Source of the DNA: an uncultured bacterium
GTDB taxonomy: Bacteria; Acidobacteriota; HRBIN11; JAKEFK01
Direction: 5' to 3'
Assembly (NCBI GenBank): GCA_963777505.1
Contig: CAVZQN010000001.1
Location: 675,792 to 739,791 of the forward strand
Length of the DNA stretch: 64,000 nt
In this document: positions 62,203 through 64,000 of the stretch, piece after piece
How positions within the stretch are numbered: the stretch's first letter is position 1
How the letters are laid out: each line of letters begins with the position of its first letter
Program-made: the position numbers and the translations under genes
Notes under the pieces: generated by a model
Told to the model about the DNA's origin: nothing
The model's database searches: none
The model's input: only the letters and a program-made list of their open reading frames with translations

Positions 62203-62973
62203 TTAAGCCTGGCCTTCTTTTTTACTACGCAAGAAGTCCCCGCCGGCTTTTCGCACATCTTTTCGAAAATCAGGGCCATCCAATTCCAAGGTAGTACACA
62301 TTTCATAAAGACGCGAAACAACCCGATAACCCAACCGGTCCTGTAAAGTTTCCTGAGCCGAAGCTCGTGAACCTTCCATTCCCAGATTCGATGTGACGAT
62401 CAATGGTCTCCGGTGGTTGTATCGAAGGTTAATAATATGAAATACAGTATCTTGCATCCAGTCGGTCATCCGGATCGAACCAAGATCATCCAGCATTAAG
62501 ACTTCAACATTTAGAATCGGATGTAGAATTTCGTACTCGGAAGTCTGGGCAATTTCATCGTAACTACTTCGGATCTCGGACAAAAGCTCATGAAAATCCA
62601 CAAACTGCGAAGGAACACCTTTTTTCAATAACGCTTTTAAGACAGCAACGCCAAGATGAGTTTTTCCTCGTCCTGCGCCACCCGTAAATAAAAGGCTTCT
62701 CTCCCGAAATGTTTCTTCATCGAGCAATGGATAATCCTGAGCATAGTTCATCATAAGATTTTTGATCTTGCCCTGATTAAATGATTGTGGGATATACGTT
62801 TCAAAATCGCAGGCAGCATAACGCGGCGGAATTTTAGCGGATGTAAACAACTTTTCGGTGTCCGCGCTCATGGAACACTGGCAGCGGCGAGCGCGGGAAA
62901 TTCCCCCTTCGGAGACTACTTCCCAACCTGTATCCGCACAAATTGGACACAATTCAGAAACACTTTCATCCAT
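62203..62973 (-). CDS. DnaC/DnaI/IstB-like AAA+ ATPase
   Basis: CPIC..CQC, IPPRY, GGAGRGKTHL, LDDLG, RY, TSN, SRL, GPDFR. Confidence 0.9.
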   Translation of the reverse strand: MDESVSELCPICADTGWEVVSEGGISRARRCQCSMSADTEKLFTSAKIPPRYAACDFETYIPQSFNQGKIKNLMMNYAQDYPLLDEETFRERSLLFTGGAGRGKTHLGVAVLKALLKKGVPSQFVDFHELLSEIRSSYDEIAQTSEYEILHPILNVEVLMLDDLGSIRMTDWMQDTVFHIINLRYNHRRPLIVTSNLGMEGSRASAQETLQDRLGYRVVSRLYEMCTTLELDGPDFRKDVRKAGGDFLRSKKEGQA

Positions 62974-63000
62974 GGATTTAGAATACCACGATGTTTGCTG

Positions 63001-63075
63001 GTAAGGGGCGGCCGCTTGCGGCCGCTTTTATGGTTCGGACACTGCCGGGCGGGCAGCCACAAGGGCCGCCCCTAC
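63001..63075. repeat. Family C GTAG-type REP doublet
   Basis: GTAAGGGGCGGCCGCTTGCGGCCGC...GGGCAGCCACAAGGGCCGCCCCTAC. Confidence 0.8.
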
Positions 63076-63080
63076 TAACA

Positions 63081-63653
63081 TTAACGATTCAATAAAATTT
63101 CGAGCAATTCCACATCAGCAATCAAGCAAAATTGGCATCTGGCGCTGCCATCAATCATGAATTCAGAACGCATGACCAGCACTTTCTTGTGCTCAATCGA
63201 AGCATCATCCAGCAGTGACTTTATAGCAGTATTCCATTTGTGATGAAATAATCCCGGCGCTGATGGAATGAAGATTTTACCAGTTATCTTACCGATGGCG
63301 TTCAGGTAAGCACCTGCCAGAATATTGCCAATTTCCTTTAATGCGGAAGCTTCAAATTCGTCAGATTCATTTCCTACCAGAACGTGACTCGTGACCTTTT
63401 TAGCATCCTCATCTGAAAAGATGATGAAGATCGTCCCTTTCGCGCCTCTAGTAAAACGAAAATTCAAAATTGTTTTTCTTTTTTCAGGTTCATCCAGCAC
63501 AAATTGACTGGAAAAAGGTTTCCATTCCACACAAGTATTTTCAAGAAAAACCTTTTTGTTTAGAAGTTGTGATAAAGCAGCTGATGCATACTCTGAACCG
63601 GCTTTTGCTAATTCTTTAAGCAGAATAGCCTGTTCTTGGCTAATTGTTTCCAC
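63081..63653 (-). CDS. cheC: Chemotaxis phosphatase CheC
   Basis: ALSQLL and SALKEIGNILAGAYLNAI; follows cheA. Confidence 0.85.
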   Translation of the reverse strand: METISQEQAILLKELAKAGSEYASAALSQLLNKKVFLENTCVEWKPFSSQFVLDEPEKRKTILNFRFTRGAKGTIFIIFSDEDAKKVTSHVLVGNESDEFEASALKEIGNILAGAYLNAIGKITGKIFIPSAPGLFHHKWNTAIKSLLDDASIEHKKVLVMRSEFMIDGSARCQFCLIADVELLEILLNR

Positions 63654-63707
63654 GTTTCCTTCCCCCCCTTACTCAACCGCCATGACGCTACGAGCGCCAG
63701 GACAATT

Positions 63708-64000
63708 CTAATTCTTTGTATCTCTATACAGTTCTTCCATATCCAGTACGGGCACAATTTCACCTTTCCCCAAAAGTGTTGTGCCGCTATAACAGGATAT
63801 AAGATTCAATGGTTCGCCTAATGGCTTCAATAAAATTTGCCTGCCATCAATTAATTCATCAACGCACCATGCAATTTTCCTGGATTGGTGTTCCGTAACA
63901 AATGCCGGCATTTCATCCGGGAAATTTCCAGGATCGGTACCACTTAGAACGCTCGCGAGCCGTTCCACATGCAGAGTTCCAGTTTCCGGAAATGCAAGTA
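63708..64000 (-). CDS. cheA: C-terminal CheW-like domain of CheA, truncated by the window edge
   Basis: VDELI..RQILLKPLG, YSGTTLLG.GEIVPVLD. Confidence 0.8.
   Translation of the reverse strand, partial: LAFPETGTLHVERLASVLSGTDPGNFPDEMPAFVTEHQSRKIAWCVDELIDGRQILLKPLGEPLNLISCYSGTTLLGKGEIVPVLDMEELYRDTKN

Noticed and set aside
62203-62973. IstB of an IS21 element or a prophage replication module
   Set aside because: No istA, terminal repeats or phage genes adjacent; the N-terminal Cys motif fits a DnaC/DnaI-like loader
1-64000. tRNA, rRNA or riboswitch genes
   Set aside because: None recognised by eye; a covariance-model scan would be needed to exclude them

Overview
Bacterial chromosomal window, mid-40s %GC by eye; gene content suggests Acidobacteriota or a similar lineage (inference). 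Housekeeping and metabolic genes: recG, dcd, hutU/hutH, purA, bioY, two-domain PPK2, a partial complex I operon (nuoB-CD-I-[HEPN-like]-A-H), dnaK-dnaJ-hspR, a DnaC-like ATPase and cheC/cheA. An ~8 kb, partly GC-richer island (about 18.74-26.75 kb) separates an ECF sigma factor from its likely partner Ser/Thr kinase. It carries an integron-like cassette array on the minus strand (attI-like site, four attC sites, no integrase in the window). One attC is split by a defective IS1111-type (IS110 family) element whose non-coding end holds short copies of its own junction sequences. The best candidate for an undescribed system is a probable fusion of an MglA-like GTPase to an ABC ATPase, translationally coupled to a SPOR-domain/outer-membrane protein (41.7-45.8 kb). 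Other oddities are a HEPN-like gene coupled inside the nuo operon and four families of dispersed intergenic repeats. About ten single-base frameshifts look like assembly errors, so fusion calls need read-level checks. All family assignments come from motif recognition, not database searches.
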